Of a stretch of 64,000 bases of DNA, positions 26,257-38,200 are shown one piece after another. This stretch comes from Protoeuglena noctilucae (Eukaryota), in contig OY253682.1 of assembly GCA_958009085.1 (NCBI GenBank), positions 806,001-870,000 of the forward strand, given 5' to 3'. How positions within the stretch are numbered: the stretch's first letter is position 1; every line of letters starts with the position of its first letter. The position numbers were made by a program, and so were the translations under genes. The notes beneath the pieces are model-generated. The model had not been told where the DNA came from. It made no database searches and saw only the letters and a program-made list of their open reading frames with translations.

Positions 26257-26629
26257 CTTACGTGCACGCTCGGCGAGCAATGCGCATGCCGCGCAGTGCT
26301 CACCTTCCGTTTAGGAGATTGCTACTGTGCTTTGTGGCACGTGTGGACGCACGAATGACCGGGGAGGCGTGAAATAAGCGCCAGATATCGCAGATGTACG
26401 CACTCTCTTCGCGCCCGGTGCCGTTGTCGAGCGATTTGCGTCGCTGGCGCACCGCCGGAATTGTCAGACCGGTGCCGTGGCAACACCAAAGCGCCGTTCT
26501 CCGCTCGCCGCTTCGGATAGGAATCCGTGAACACAGATCTCATCTCATAATTGTAAACCTGATTCCCGCCCGCACAGCGAGCGCCCAAACATCCCGATGG
26601 TTCAACAAATCACAGTCATCACTAAAACG

Positions 26630-29154
26630 TCACTCCTCGTCGCCGGAACTGGAGGCCCCGGCGTCCTTGAACGGCGAGACGAGCGGCACCTGCTCCTGCA
26701 GCGCCAGCTCCAGCTGCATCCGCTCTCGCGTGACAAACGCGTCCACCGCCGTGCGCAGCCGAGGGTCCCGGATGTAGTGCGAAGAGTACGTCAGCGCTGG
26801 GAGGTAGCCCCTGCAGGTTATTAGAAGCCAGGAGGGGCAAAAGTGTATGGTTAGGGTTAGGGTAGCAGCGTCATCGGGGCTGCACAGGAGGCTATGCGTG
26901 CCTGTCCCACTGCCACTGCCACCTTCGCTGCCACCCCCACTGCCACCCTCACCTCTGTATCTTGTGCTCCCCCTGCGCCCCCGCCTCCACGCGCCCCAGC
27001 CCCCTGGCAATCGCCTCCTCCAGGGCCTGGTAATAGCAGACCTCAAAGTGCAACCCGGGCACCTCCCTCGCGGGCTCGCACCCCCAGTTGCGGCCGAACA
27101 GCGCATGCGACCCTACCAGGTTCAGCGCCCCCGCTATCAACTCGCCCTTCCGAGGACCTGCGGGGGCCAACAGAAAGGAGGCAGTCAGGTAAAATGTAGT
27201 TGTGCCGTGACCAGATGAGGGCAAAAGCCCCGCCGCTTGCCTTTCAAACACCACATGTGCATCGCATCTTCTGCCACTCCCCTGCCACCACCAGCAGCAC
27301 CCATACCCTGCCCTGCCCAATTTCCACCACCACCCCCCTCACCCTGCCCCTCCTCCGCCACCACCAGCAGCACCCTCTCCCCCATCGTCTCCCCGAGCAT
27401 CTGGAAGAAGTCCCTCGTCAGGTACGCCGTGCCCCACTTCTTGTTCACGGTCGCCAAATACCACTTATAGAAGCGGTCCCAGTGGCGGGGGGTGATGGCC
27501 GAGCCGGACAGGCGGGAGCAACTGAGATGGGGCAGTGGGGTAGAGAGGGTGGGTATGGGGGAGCCCGACAACCAGGAGCAACTGAGATGGGGGGAGCGGT
27601 GCGAGGTGTGGTAGGTACAGCTCACTGTAAAGCTTTAGAAACCAGCCGTGGCATCCAAGTGAGGTTCATAAGGGCATTGTCACATTTCACCAACGCGTTC
27701 CCATCCCCGCACCCCCACTCACGTGATGCCCTCCTTCGCCACCCTCTTGCGTTCCTGGCGGATGGTCTTGCGCCGACTCTGGCGCAGGCTCATCAGGAAG
27801 TCGTCGAACGTCGCATACCCCGCGTTGGACCAGTGGTACTGTGAGGGAGGACGTGATGGCACATATGTAGTATTTGATACAAAGGTACATGCATAGGGAG
27901 ATATGGACATGTATTGATGATAGAGAGACATATGTGGAGAGCTGGCCCAGCAATGCTGTGCTGTTGTGCCCTCCTTGCTACCTGCTACCACCCCTCTACT
28001 ATCACCCTCTCTTTACCCACCCTCACCTGCATCCCCGCCCTCCTCACTACCACCCCTTTACTCTCACCCTCCCACACCCCTCTCTCACCACCTTCTGTCA
28101 CCCACCCTCACCTGCATCCCCGCCCTCCTCGCGAACCCCTCCCCCTCCATCTCCTCCCACTCCCCCTTCGTGTTGAACGTCACGTGCGCAGACGACACGT
28201 CGTACTCCTCCGCCACCATCCTCAGCGCCCGGGCCAGCGCGCCGCGGACCGTGGGGCCATCCAACCCCTTTCGCACCAACAGCCGAGGGCCGGTCACGGG
28301 TGTGAAGGGAACGCAGGCCTGCAGCTTGGGGTAGTAGGAGAACCCCAGCTGCCGGGCGAACTGCGCCCAGCTCTGGTCGAAGACATACTCTCCATAGGAG
28401 TGGCCTTTGAGGTAAGCCGGGCAGCACCCGACCAGTTTGCCCCCGCCGTCCCTTGCCAGCAGGTGCTGCGGGAGCCATCCCGTTTCGCGCGACGCCGAGC
28501 GGCTCTCCTCTAAGGCCAGGAGGAAGGAGTGCAGGAGGAAGGGGTTGACCTCCTCTGCGGGAAAAGGAAGAGAGCCACTCAGGTGGGGCGAGTAGTGAAC
28601 GTACCCATAATTCGACGCGTCGCTGCGACGTTCTCGCAATCGTCGCGGGTTCTCACCGCCTCCCGTGGCGCACGCGTCCCACTCCTCGGCGCTGACGGAC
28701 GCAATTGACGACGTGGTGGTCACGGTCAGTTCCAGCGGCGCGGTCGCGCTCGCGCTCGTCTCTCCGCCAGCCGCGTCCCTGCGCGGGTGCGGGGAGGCAG
28801 ACGACGCTGTCTTCAAGAGTTCCACAAGGAGCAGAGGTCGTCAATAAGCGCAGGGCAGCTCGCGCGCTTGCGGAATCACAGATCGCAGGTTTTCGCACGG
28901 GCTCGCGTCGCGCGATGCGAGGCTCCCGGGCGCGTCGTGCGTGGCACTCGCCTCACGCTCGTCTCCAGGTCAGTGCGGCCACCGTCCGCGGCCCAGGTCT
29001 TCACGCGTCGAATTGCCGGGCTGTCCCCCCTCTGCGAACTCCAACCCACGGCCGCGATGCGCGGGCGCTGCCAAAACCTCCGCCTGGTCGGCAACGCGGT
29101 CCTCTGCGATATCCCGCACGCTTCGACCGCGCATTGCTGATGCGGGGGCCGCAT
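26630..29154 (-). CDS. FemAB-like GNAT-fold protein (DUF482-type), multi-exon; start uncertain
   Basis: [103 protein letters not shown]. Confidence 0.92.
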
Positions 29155-29574
29155 CGCGCCCCCACTGCTAGCCGGGGACAGAGATGCCGCAGAGAGGCCC
29201 TCGAACCTCGCGCGGACTCGGATAGCTCAACCGATACCGGCAGGCGACAGACTCCATGCAATCGATCGCGATCGGCGAACTGCGTCTCGCGCGCCTCGGG
29301 CCCGGGTTTCGGCTCCGTCTTGCAGAGTCACGCGAACGTCAGAGCCCCCCTGTCCACCCAGGACCCTCTTGCAGCGGCATCTCGTGGCGAAGTGTAGATA
29401 TCTGAGCATACCCTCAAGTGCACGTGCTGCAGCGATTGTTGGATTGAGCCCCGCCGCCCCCGTCCGCCCCGACCCGCACCCCCGTGCCTGCGCTGCTGCC
29501 CAGGAGGCCACAAGCCCTACATGGCATCGTGCACGTAGTGACCGCATTCTCTCACTAATCAACTTGCCATCGCG

Positions 29575-30613
29575 ATGCTGTTCACTCTCGCCCGGGCGCT
29601 GTGCGCGCTGCTTTTCGCGTGCGCCCTGGCTACGCCAACACTCGCGCGCTCCGAGGCCGGATTCGAGGTTCCCGAGCCGGACGCGGGGCGCCTCGTCACG
29701 CTGGAAGAGCTGTCGTCCAAGACAGGGACGGACGGCGGCGATATATGGGTCGCGCTGATGGGGCACGTCTACGACGTCACGGCGGGTTCCAAGGCGCGTT
29801 TATTTGTGCCCAATGCTTGGCGCATATGCTTGTTGTTCCCCCTCATAACATGCTTCGCTTCTCATCACGCAGTTCTACGGTCCCGGGAACACGTATTCGA
29901 TCTTCGCCGGCCGCGACGCGACGCGCGCGTACCTGACCGGGGACTTCGGCGATCCGGAGGGCCTCACGGACGACCTTTCCGGCCTCTCGCGCGATCAGAT
30001 GCCCGGAGTACTGGAATGGCTCGCGTTCTACCACGCGCACGCGAGCTATCCCCACGTGGGCCGGCTGGCGGGCGGCGGTTTCTTTGATATCGAGGGTCGG
30101 CCAACGGGGCAGTACGCCAGGGTGCTTGCGGACGCGGGTGCCGTGGTTGGGGAGGACGAGGCGTTTGCGTCGCGATGGGAGAACCGGGAACCCGACTGCA
30201 ACGCCAGGTAAGGGGGTTGAAGGGTGGTGGGTGTGGGACTGCATTGCTTGAGCTCACAAACAAGTCGACGTGTGATAGTGAATGCGTGCCAATGTGCGTG
30301 TTTACTGTCACCACCCATCTGTGTCCCTATATCAGTGCCTTCACATTCTCTCACATGTATACAGCTCTCCCTCTCGCCACATGACCCCAGGTGGACGCAG
30401 GCAGGGGGCGCCAGGGTGTGGTGCGAGGGCGGGCGCGTGCCCCGCCTCGTGCTGCGGCAGCCGGGGTCGCGCGAGGGGTCCGCGTGTCGGTGTTTGGACC
30501 CGGGAGTGCCCCTGACTGACACGCGCACTGCCTATGAGGGGTGCGACGTGTCGGCCGCGGCGTGCGACGTGCCCAGTCAAGAGGGCGACAGGGAGGGCGA
30601 CAGGGAGCTGTAG
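29575..30613 (+). CDS. Cytochrome b5-like heme/steroid-binding protein (MAPR, neuferricin type)
   Basis: Signal peptide; IWVALMGHVYDVTAGSK|FYGPGNTYSIFAGRDATRAYLTGDF; WLAFYH..VGRL; CNAR|W..VWC..VPRL..CRC; ends in the ER-retention-like DREL*. Confidence 0.9.
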
Positions 30614-30751
30614 AGACAAGTGCTTAAAAACTGATAGGTGGTGCAATATAGAGAAGGCGATAGGGAGCCGGTCACGGTTCAAAACTGGGCTTGACTCGCC
30701 TATCGATGTTCAGGGCGCTTTAAACAACACCAACCATTGATGCTGCCAATG

Positions 30752-33700
30752 CTACGTGGCCATCTGCACGCCCCGCAGATGCGCGGGCGGCTGCGCGACG
30801 CCGCCCAGCGTGAAGTCCATGCCCCACCCGCCATCGTCCGCACCCGCGCTCAACTCATCGCGCCGCCTCGCCACCCGCAGCACCACCCCCGTGGCGCTGC
30901 GGCTGGAGAGGAGCCCCGCGGTGCGGGGCTGGAAGCCGGCCACTGGGGGCAGAGGGGGAGAGGAGAGGTTGGGTAGGGTGAGGTGAGTGGGTGGGTGGAA
31001 AGTCCGGGGATGGGGGCAGGCGAAAGGAGGTGACAAATGTCGCATGCATGTTGCGTGCACACTACAGGTGCTACAGGTGCTGTCCCCACCCGTCACCACC
31101 TCAACCTTTCCCCACCCACTACCCCTCACCCAACCCCACTAATACCAGCCCCTCCCGACCACCCCTCACCCATCACCACCCCCACCCCAACCCCACTAAT
31201 ACCAGCCATCCACCCCCGCTCACCCGTCACCACCTCGACCTCCCTCGCCAGCACCTCCGCCAGCACCGCCCTTGCCGCCGGCATGGCCACCTGCTGCCCT
31301 GCCAATACCCTCCCTGGGTGTTTACCGAAAGGCACATACGCCCTGTCATCGCGAACACCAAGGTCCTTGGCTCTCTCAGCAAACCACCGTTCTGGCAGCC
31401 ATTCGTGGGGCCTGGGCCACGCGGCCTCGTGGCGGTGGAGGAGGTGGGTGCTGGGGAGGCAGAGGGTGTGCGGGGGGACCTTGTAGGGGCCAATCTGTGA
31501 GGGAGAGGGGTGGGGGGAGAGGTGGTGAGGTGAGGTGAGGTGGTTGGACATGAGATGCGATGAAAAGGGGACAAGAGGATGGGGTGTCGGTATTGCAGTG
31601 TTTATGACTTACCAGCGCCCCCCTCTTGCACTCTACAAGCACCGTCACACTCACTCGTCACTCCCCCGCACTCACCAGCGCCCCTCTCTTACACATCATG
31701 GGTACGGCCCTCGCGGGCGGGTGCAGCCTGAGTGTCTCCAGGACGCAGCAGGTGAGGAAGGGAAGTCGGGAGAGGGCATCGCGGGAGAGGGGGGAGCCGC
31801 GGAGGGACTGGGGGAGAGGAGAGGGGAGAGGAGGGGGTGAGTGAATGAGACATGGATTTTAAGGATGATGAGGGGGGAGGGTGGTGAGAGGGTGAGTTAG
31901 TGAGACATTAACTGAGAGGGTGATGAGGGGAGAGCCGCGGAGGGACGAGGGGGGGGGAAAGGGTGGTGAGAGGGTGAGTGAATGTGAGGGCGATGACGAG
32001 TATCAGGCGAGGGGGTAGGGGCGAGGGGAGGGGGTGGTGACGGTGGTGATGAAAGAGGTTGGTGAGATGGCGATGCAATGGTGATGAGACACAACGCACG
32101 CCGCACGCACCCACTCTCACCCCTCTCACCCACAACCCCACCCCTCACCTGCACGGCCCTCCTGGCCTCCCCCGCGGCCTTGTCAATCCTCTGTGGCCGT
32201 TCCGCCATCATCAGCAGCGTCCACGCCACCGTCTGCGACAACACGCCCCCCGCTGCCACCACCACGCTGATGGCCTCTTCCGCGACAGTCCTCAGAGCCA
32301 CGGAGTCACCGGATCGATTCCTGGGGGAGGCAGGTGGGGGAGATATCGGAGAGAGATATGAGAGAGAGGTGTGGGAGAGATTTGGGCGATATGGGAGATG
32401 AGAAAAGTGGGATGGATGGGTCGTGGTAGTGATAAACGCAGTTGGAGAGGGTCATGAGAGGCAAAAGAGACTTAAAAAGTGGACGGATTGAAATGACTGA
32501 CAACAACCACTCCTCACCTCTCCCTCAGCATGTGAGAGAGCATGTCCGGGTGCGCCCTCCTGTCCGGCACGCCACCCCTCAGCCTCTCCTCGATCACATC
32601 GAATACCCACGCCTGCAGTGCCTCCTCTGCTTTCTCCGTCGTGATATCGGACGAAAGGGAATTGGGGGCGGAGAGCACACGCCTGGGTGAGGGTTAATGG
32701 AAGGGAGACACTTGCTTGTTAACTGGCAATGTAGATGCATGGACTGGGAAAGTAGTGATTGTACTGCACCACTACTACGGATAAAATACCAGTTCATTTC
32801 ACGCTCACCTGCACGCACCCACCAGCCCCCATCGCCACTCACACCCACCCTCTCCACCAAGCACCTCCACGCATTCCCCAGCCCCATCCGTCATCCACAC
32901 CAACCCCCACCCCCCCACACTCCCTCACCTCCACGCATTCCCCAGCCCCGGGTGCCTGGCCCCATCTCCCCGCACCCATCCATCCGCGTCCGTCCCCAGC
33001 AGCGCCTTTGCCAATATCATGAGAGCTGCGTCCTCTGCCCATCCCTGCACGTCCACCGGGCGACCCAGCGAGGCACAGAGGGACCAGGCGGCCTGGGGTA
33101 AGTGGAGGTTAACAGTAGTTGGACATGCGATGAGATGTTATGGGATCAGATGCCATGTCACGTCATGCGAGGCGCAGAGAGACCAGGCGGCCTGGGGTGG
33201 GTGTGGAGGTGTATGATAGTTGACATGAGATGATGATGGGATGCAATACACGCAATGCTATGCCATGTTATGCGCGCACAGAGACCAGGCGGCCTGGGGT
33301 AAGTGGATGTGGGGATCGATATGAGATGAGCTTGTATGTGATGACATGAGATGACATGCAATGCAGTGTCATGAGAGGCGCAGAGGGACCAGGCGGCCTG
33401 CGGTGCGTGTGTTAAGGTTGAGATGACGATCGACATGCAATGCTATGCCATGCCATGCAGTGCACTGTAATGCAATGCAATACCCAGAGATACCAGGCAT
33501 CCCCCCATGTGCTCCCCCACACCCCACACCACCCCTTCCCCCCTCACCTCCCCCGCCCCCTCAAACAGCGCCCCCAGGCACACCCTGGGTAAACCCCCCT
33601 GCAGGTACCCCTGACTCAGCGACGCGGCCCCCGCGGCCTCAGACCCCGCCCAGAGGTGGAGGCGCAGGTGGGGGGACGCGGGCCATGGCTCGTATTCTGA

Positions 33701-34713
33701 CGCGCGTGTCAGGATCTCCTGTAGATAAACGGTGGGTGGGGGTGAGGGTGGGTGAGGGTGGGTGGGGTGAGGGGGTGGGGTTGGGAGGGGTGAGGGTGGG
33801 TGGGTGAGAGGAGGCAGTGAGGGACGCAGGTCAGTAGTACCAGGGGAGAGAGATGAGCGGGAGGTGACATGTACAAAGTTACCAATAGATACTGACATGT
33901 CACATTCACATGTCCCTCGCTCGTCACCTGGACGTAGGCCAGGGATCGGAACACGGCGCAGGGCCCGTCCCTCAGCTCCGCCGCTGCCGCGTCGACCCCC
34001 GCCCCCCGCATCAGCACCTCTAGGTCACGGGAGGGGTCGCGGGTGCCGCGGAGGAGGCCCTCGGGGTCCAGGAGAGAGGGGAGGTCCGCGCCTGGATGGG
34101 GATGGGGGGTGGGGGTGGTAGTGGTCGTTAGTGTGGTGCAAGGGTGGCAGGCAGGCAGGCATCGAGTGAATTATTACTTGGCATTGTATAGTGCCACTGC
34201 GTAGGATACCCAAGCACATGCTCGTTGAGAGGACAGACAGCAGTGGCCATGTAAAGCGTCATACCTTGGCTGTAGTAGCGGTCGGCGATGGCGTGCAGAG
34301 CGGTGGGGTCCGGGTTGCGGTCCTGCCGGGGGAGAACCGTCCCCAGAAAGCGAAGGCCCGGGATGCGGGGAGGGTTGGGCTGCGTGGTGGCCAGGCCGGC
34401 CGGCGACTGCAAGCAAAGTGGGGAAGTGCGTTGTGGTGCAGGTGAGCGCGTCAGGGCGGCCCGGCGGGTGTGTTACGTCATTTATCCCATGTTGACGTGT
34501 TCAAATGCACGCCTTACCCGGTTGGAGGTCGTCGCGAGCGCCGTCCGGTCCGCGTCCCGGGGCGCGGCCAAAGGCTGCCCCTCGTCCGGCGAACGCGCGG
34601 CAAGCGGCGCCGATGTGGGTTCTGCGAAGCATAAGATGCAGTACGGATCGCTTCGTGACACCGAAGAAGCGCCGCGGTCGCGCCCCTCGCCGCGCTCGGC
34701 AGTCACATCCCAT
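30752..34713 (-). CDS. Cytochrome P450-fold protein lacking the heme-ligating Cys; about 11 exons, start uncertain
   Basis: PPRIPGLRFLG, DMLSHML, LPFLTCCVLETLRLHPPA (ExxR), IGPYKVP..LHRHEAAWPRPHEWLPERW (PERF); the heme loop reads YVPFGKHPGRVLAGQQVA. Confidence 0.8.
33068..33402. repeat. Four copies (about 100-nt period) of a splice acceptor plus exon start
   Basis: CA(GA)GAG(G/A)GACCAGGCGGCCTG-type core at about 33068, 33167, 33272 and 33373, separated by related ATG/CAT-rich sequence. Confidence 0.92.
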
Positions 34714-35258
34714 GGCAACGTGGCGGGAGCGATGCCTGCTGCCCCTCAAACCCGTTTCTTGCAGCCATTCGTCCGATTCGCAAACTCACTGGTTGCTCGC
34801 AACGCGAGAGGCCCTCCGCGGGGCGTTGCATGCCCAGGGAGCGCCCGCATCGTCTGCGGCAAGGTCAGGGCCCGCGCGCCCCAGACGCCCGGTCGCCGCA
34901 TCTCGTGGTGCACCCTCGTGTTTCCGATCAGCACTAAGATCACGTTTGCGCAGCAGGCAGAGGAAAGAACCGCACGACGGGCCGGGAGTGCGCTGCAACG
35001 CGGGTCAAAGGCCCGCGTTTACGGCCGCGAAACTCCGGCGCTGGTCCAGCGATGCCTGACCGTCGAATGCGATGCTGACCTGGAGCATGGATCGCCAGCT
35101 AGGGGGTCGAAACAACGCGCATGACCCGGTTAGGGTTAGGGCAACGGTGCAAGCGGCAGATTGAGAGCGTCCTTGCCCATGCCACCGTCCGCATTGCGTG
35201 GCTCGTATGCCCCTCGATACGGTGCCGGCGTCCTGGCGACGGCCGTGCAGGGATTCCC

Positions 35259-38200
35259 ATGGGAGTCCAGGGCCTCTGGGCGCTGCTGGAGCCCGTGGGC
35301 CGCCGCGTCAACATCGGTGAGATATTCATCGCGGCCTGTCATTCGCTCATTGTCTGCGCGGCAACTATCATCGCGAGAGCCCGCCGGACGCCGCGGGGCG
35401 ACGAGGACGACGGGGCACTTGGAATTATGGCTCTGGGCCCGTGCCATGGATTTGTCCGCGCTCGAAGAGGACCCATGTGTGTACAGGTCATGCATATGCA
35501 ACTGTTCTGTCCACCCACAGAGTCCATGGCGAACAAGAAGGTCGCGGTGGATGCCTCCATCTGGCTGATGCAATTCCTGCGCGCGATGCGGTGAGTGGGC
35601 CGCGACGCTCGCATCCGACTGGTGTTCCGTTACGTATGGGTCTACTGCGCCCTCGCGGTGCCGCTGCTCAGCGTACCCCGCGCCTCCAGCAGGCACAGCG
35701 GGCGTCCTCGCAGCACGCGGCGTGGCTAGCTCGCCGCTGCTCGTCGGATCCCACATCGAGCATCCTTGCGAGCATCTCCGCTCGTTCTGCGTCCTTCTCA
35801 GGGACGAGCGGGGGGATCTCGTCCGCAACGCGCATCTCCTGGGCTTCTTCCGACGCATCTGCAAGCTCCTCTTCAACCGCATCCGCCCGGTCTTCGTCTT
35901 CGACGGCGCCACGCCCGCGCTCAAGAAGCGCACCGTAGCGGCCAGGAGGCAGCGCAGGCGAGGGCAGGAGCGGCTCGCGCGCGCGCGCGGCTGCATTACC
36001 GCACTGCGCAGCCACGCCGCGACGCCGCACGGGCCGTTCGGGGTCATCCGGGAGACGATTTGGGAAGTCCTTTATGCCGCGCAGGTTTGCCCAGGAGGCT
36101 AAGCTGAAGCGCGCTGCCGAGAAGCTCCTCATCGCGCGCCTCAAGCAGCGCGCCGCGATGGAGGTGCTGGGAGGAGGTGAGGAGGATCAGATGGCTGATG
36201 GCTGGCGTGACCTTGATGTCGCGATGAGGTATATCCTGGCAAGAAAGCGTTTGCCCCGTTGTTTTCTCAGGGGAGGGCGACGAGGGAGAGGGGGCGGGTG
36301 CAGTGGAGGACGGCGGCGCTGCAGTGGCGGGAGACGAGGTGAGGGCGTTGATACATGCATATGCATGTGTTCATATACATGATAGTGTGTTGTGCATATG
36401 ACTCGCTGTTTGACTCGCACAGCGTCTCTATAGATGGATGGTCGTGCGTGACCTGGGCATGACCTGTGCTGCTGTGACGTTGCATGAATCGCAGGGTGCA
36501 GAGGAGAGAACCGAGGCGGAAGCGGGGCCCTCGAACGCGGCAGCTGTCGGCAGGGGAGAGGAGGCGAGCGGTGGGAGCGGCGCGGGTGGTAGGGAGGGTG
36601 GTATGGCTGGTGTGCGTGGTGCGAAGAAGGGAGCAAGTGGGGCGAACAAAGCGAGTGGAGCAACAGGGGCAGGCGCCGGCAGTGCGGGTGCCGCTGCCCG
36701 CCGCCGTGGCTCCGGCCGTGCCCAGCATCGCAGTGAGGCGGTGCGAGGGGCGGTGCGGGAGGCCATGGGCAGGGCCAACACCCTGGGGGAAGCGTCGACA
36801 GGTGAGGGAGGTTGAGAGGCAGTGATACTCAACTTTTGGGGTTATACTAAGAGATGGGTGCTGTGGGTGGCACTTACTGCATGGGGAACTACCGCAACTC
36901 TGCGAACACTGCAACCCTCACTCAACAGTTATCTCTTGCCCCCCCACGTTGTGCAGGGTCCGAGAGCGGTGGGGAGGGCGGTGAGGACTCCTCCAGCAGC
37001 GGTGGGGACATTGCCCTGCCAGAGGACCTGACGTCGCTGGACCCGGCCGTGCTTAGGTGAGAATGAGCCCCTTTTCCTGTTACCACCACTACTACCCTCC
37101 CCATCTTTGCCACCCCCACTGCCACCCCCATTGCCACCCCCACTGCCACCCCCACTACCACCCCCACTGCCAACCCCACTGCCACCCCCACCGCCACCCT
37201 CACCCAACCCCCCCCTTCCCCTTCCAGCAACCTCCCCGCGTCCGTCCAGTTCGACATCCTCCAGAAAGCCCGGGACCAGCAGTTCTCCAAGAACCGAGAG
37301 ACGTTTGCCGCCGTGGCAGCCGCCCCCAAGGGCTTCAGCTCGGCCCAGATGCAGAGTTATTTGAAATCGGTGGAAATGAGGCGGAGAGTCGAGGAGATTC
37401 GAAGGGCGACCAGGGTTGCTGGGAAGGAAGGGGTGGAGGCACGGCCGTTGGTGGCTGATAGGGGCAGGGAGTATGTCTTGACTAAGAAGGGTGGGGGTGC
37501 GGGTGGGGGGCAGAGGAAGGGACGGGGGTGGTGGGAGGATCAAGAGGGGTTGGATGGGAAAGGGGAGGGGGAGGGGGCGGGGGATGTGGGGTGGCTGGGG
37601 GTGGGGTCAACGGGGGCGGTGGTGGGGGGTGGGGGTGCGGGTGGTGGTGGTGGAGGTGGAGGTGGGAGGGGGTGGGGGGAGTTTGGGGAGATCGCGCCGA
37701 TAAAGGCGGAGGGTGGGGATGCAGGGGCTGGTGGGGGTGCGGGTGTGGGTGTGGGTGGGGGTGGGGGTGGTGCGGGTGTGAGTGCTGGGGCGGGTGCGGA
37801 TGCGGGTGGCGTGGATGTGGATATGGATGTGGATATGGATGTGGATATGGAGATACCAGAGGGCTTGGCTATTGATGATTTGTTGGAGGATGGTTGTCAA
37901 GGGTCATCTGGGGGAGAGTCGTTGCAATGGGAAGAGGAGGAGGGGATGGGGGGGATAGGGGTGGGAGATGCGGGGGGGCAGATTGCGCAGGTGAGGGTTG
38001 GGTGGTGGGGACGGGGGTGGGGGAGGGAGGGGGCCAGATTGCGCAGGTGAGGTGTGGGAGGGGTGGGGGTGAGGGTGGTAGTGAGGGTGGGGGTGAGGGT
38101 GGCAGTGAGGGTGGCAGTGGGGGTAGCAGTGGGGGTGGCAGTGGGGGTGCAGGTGTGCTGGCCACTTTTGCGCTGGAGAAGCGGAAGCATAGAGTTGTCT

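Noticed and set aside
26850..26866. Interstitial telomeric TTAGGG (also at ~35129-35141)
   Set aside because: Only two units each, which is expected by chance in G/T-rich sequence.
33068..33402. CRISPR-like array (four ~28-nt repeats with spacers)
   Set aside because: The repeat is a splice acceptor plus exon start of the P450-like gene, the spacers resemble one another, there are no cas genes, and the context is eukaryotic.
37090..37205. His/Pro-rich or poly-Pro ORFs from (CCACCCCCACTG)n, also at 55520-55600 and 61645-61730
   Set aside because: They lie in the C-rich 3' halves of introns and are not coding.
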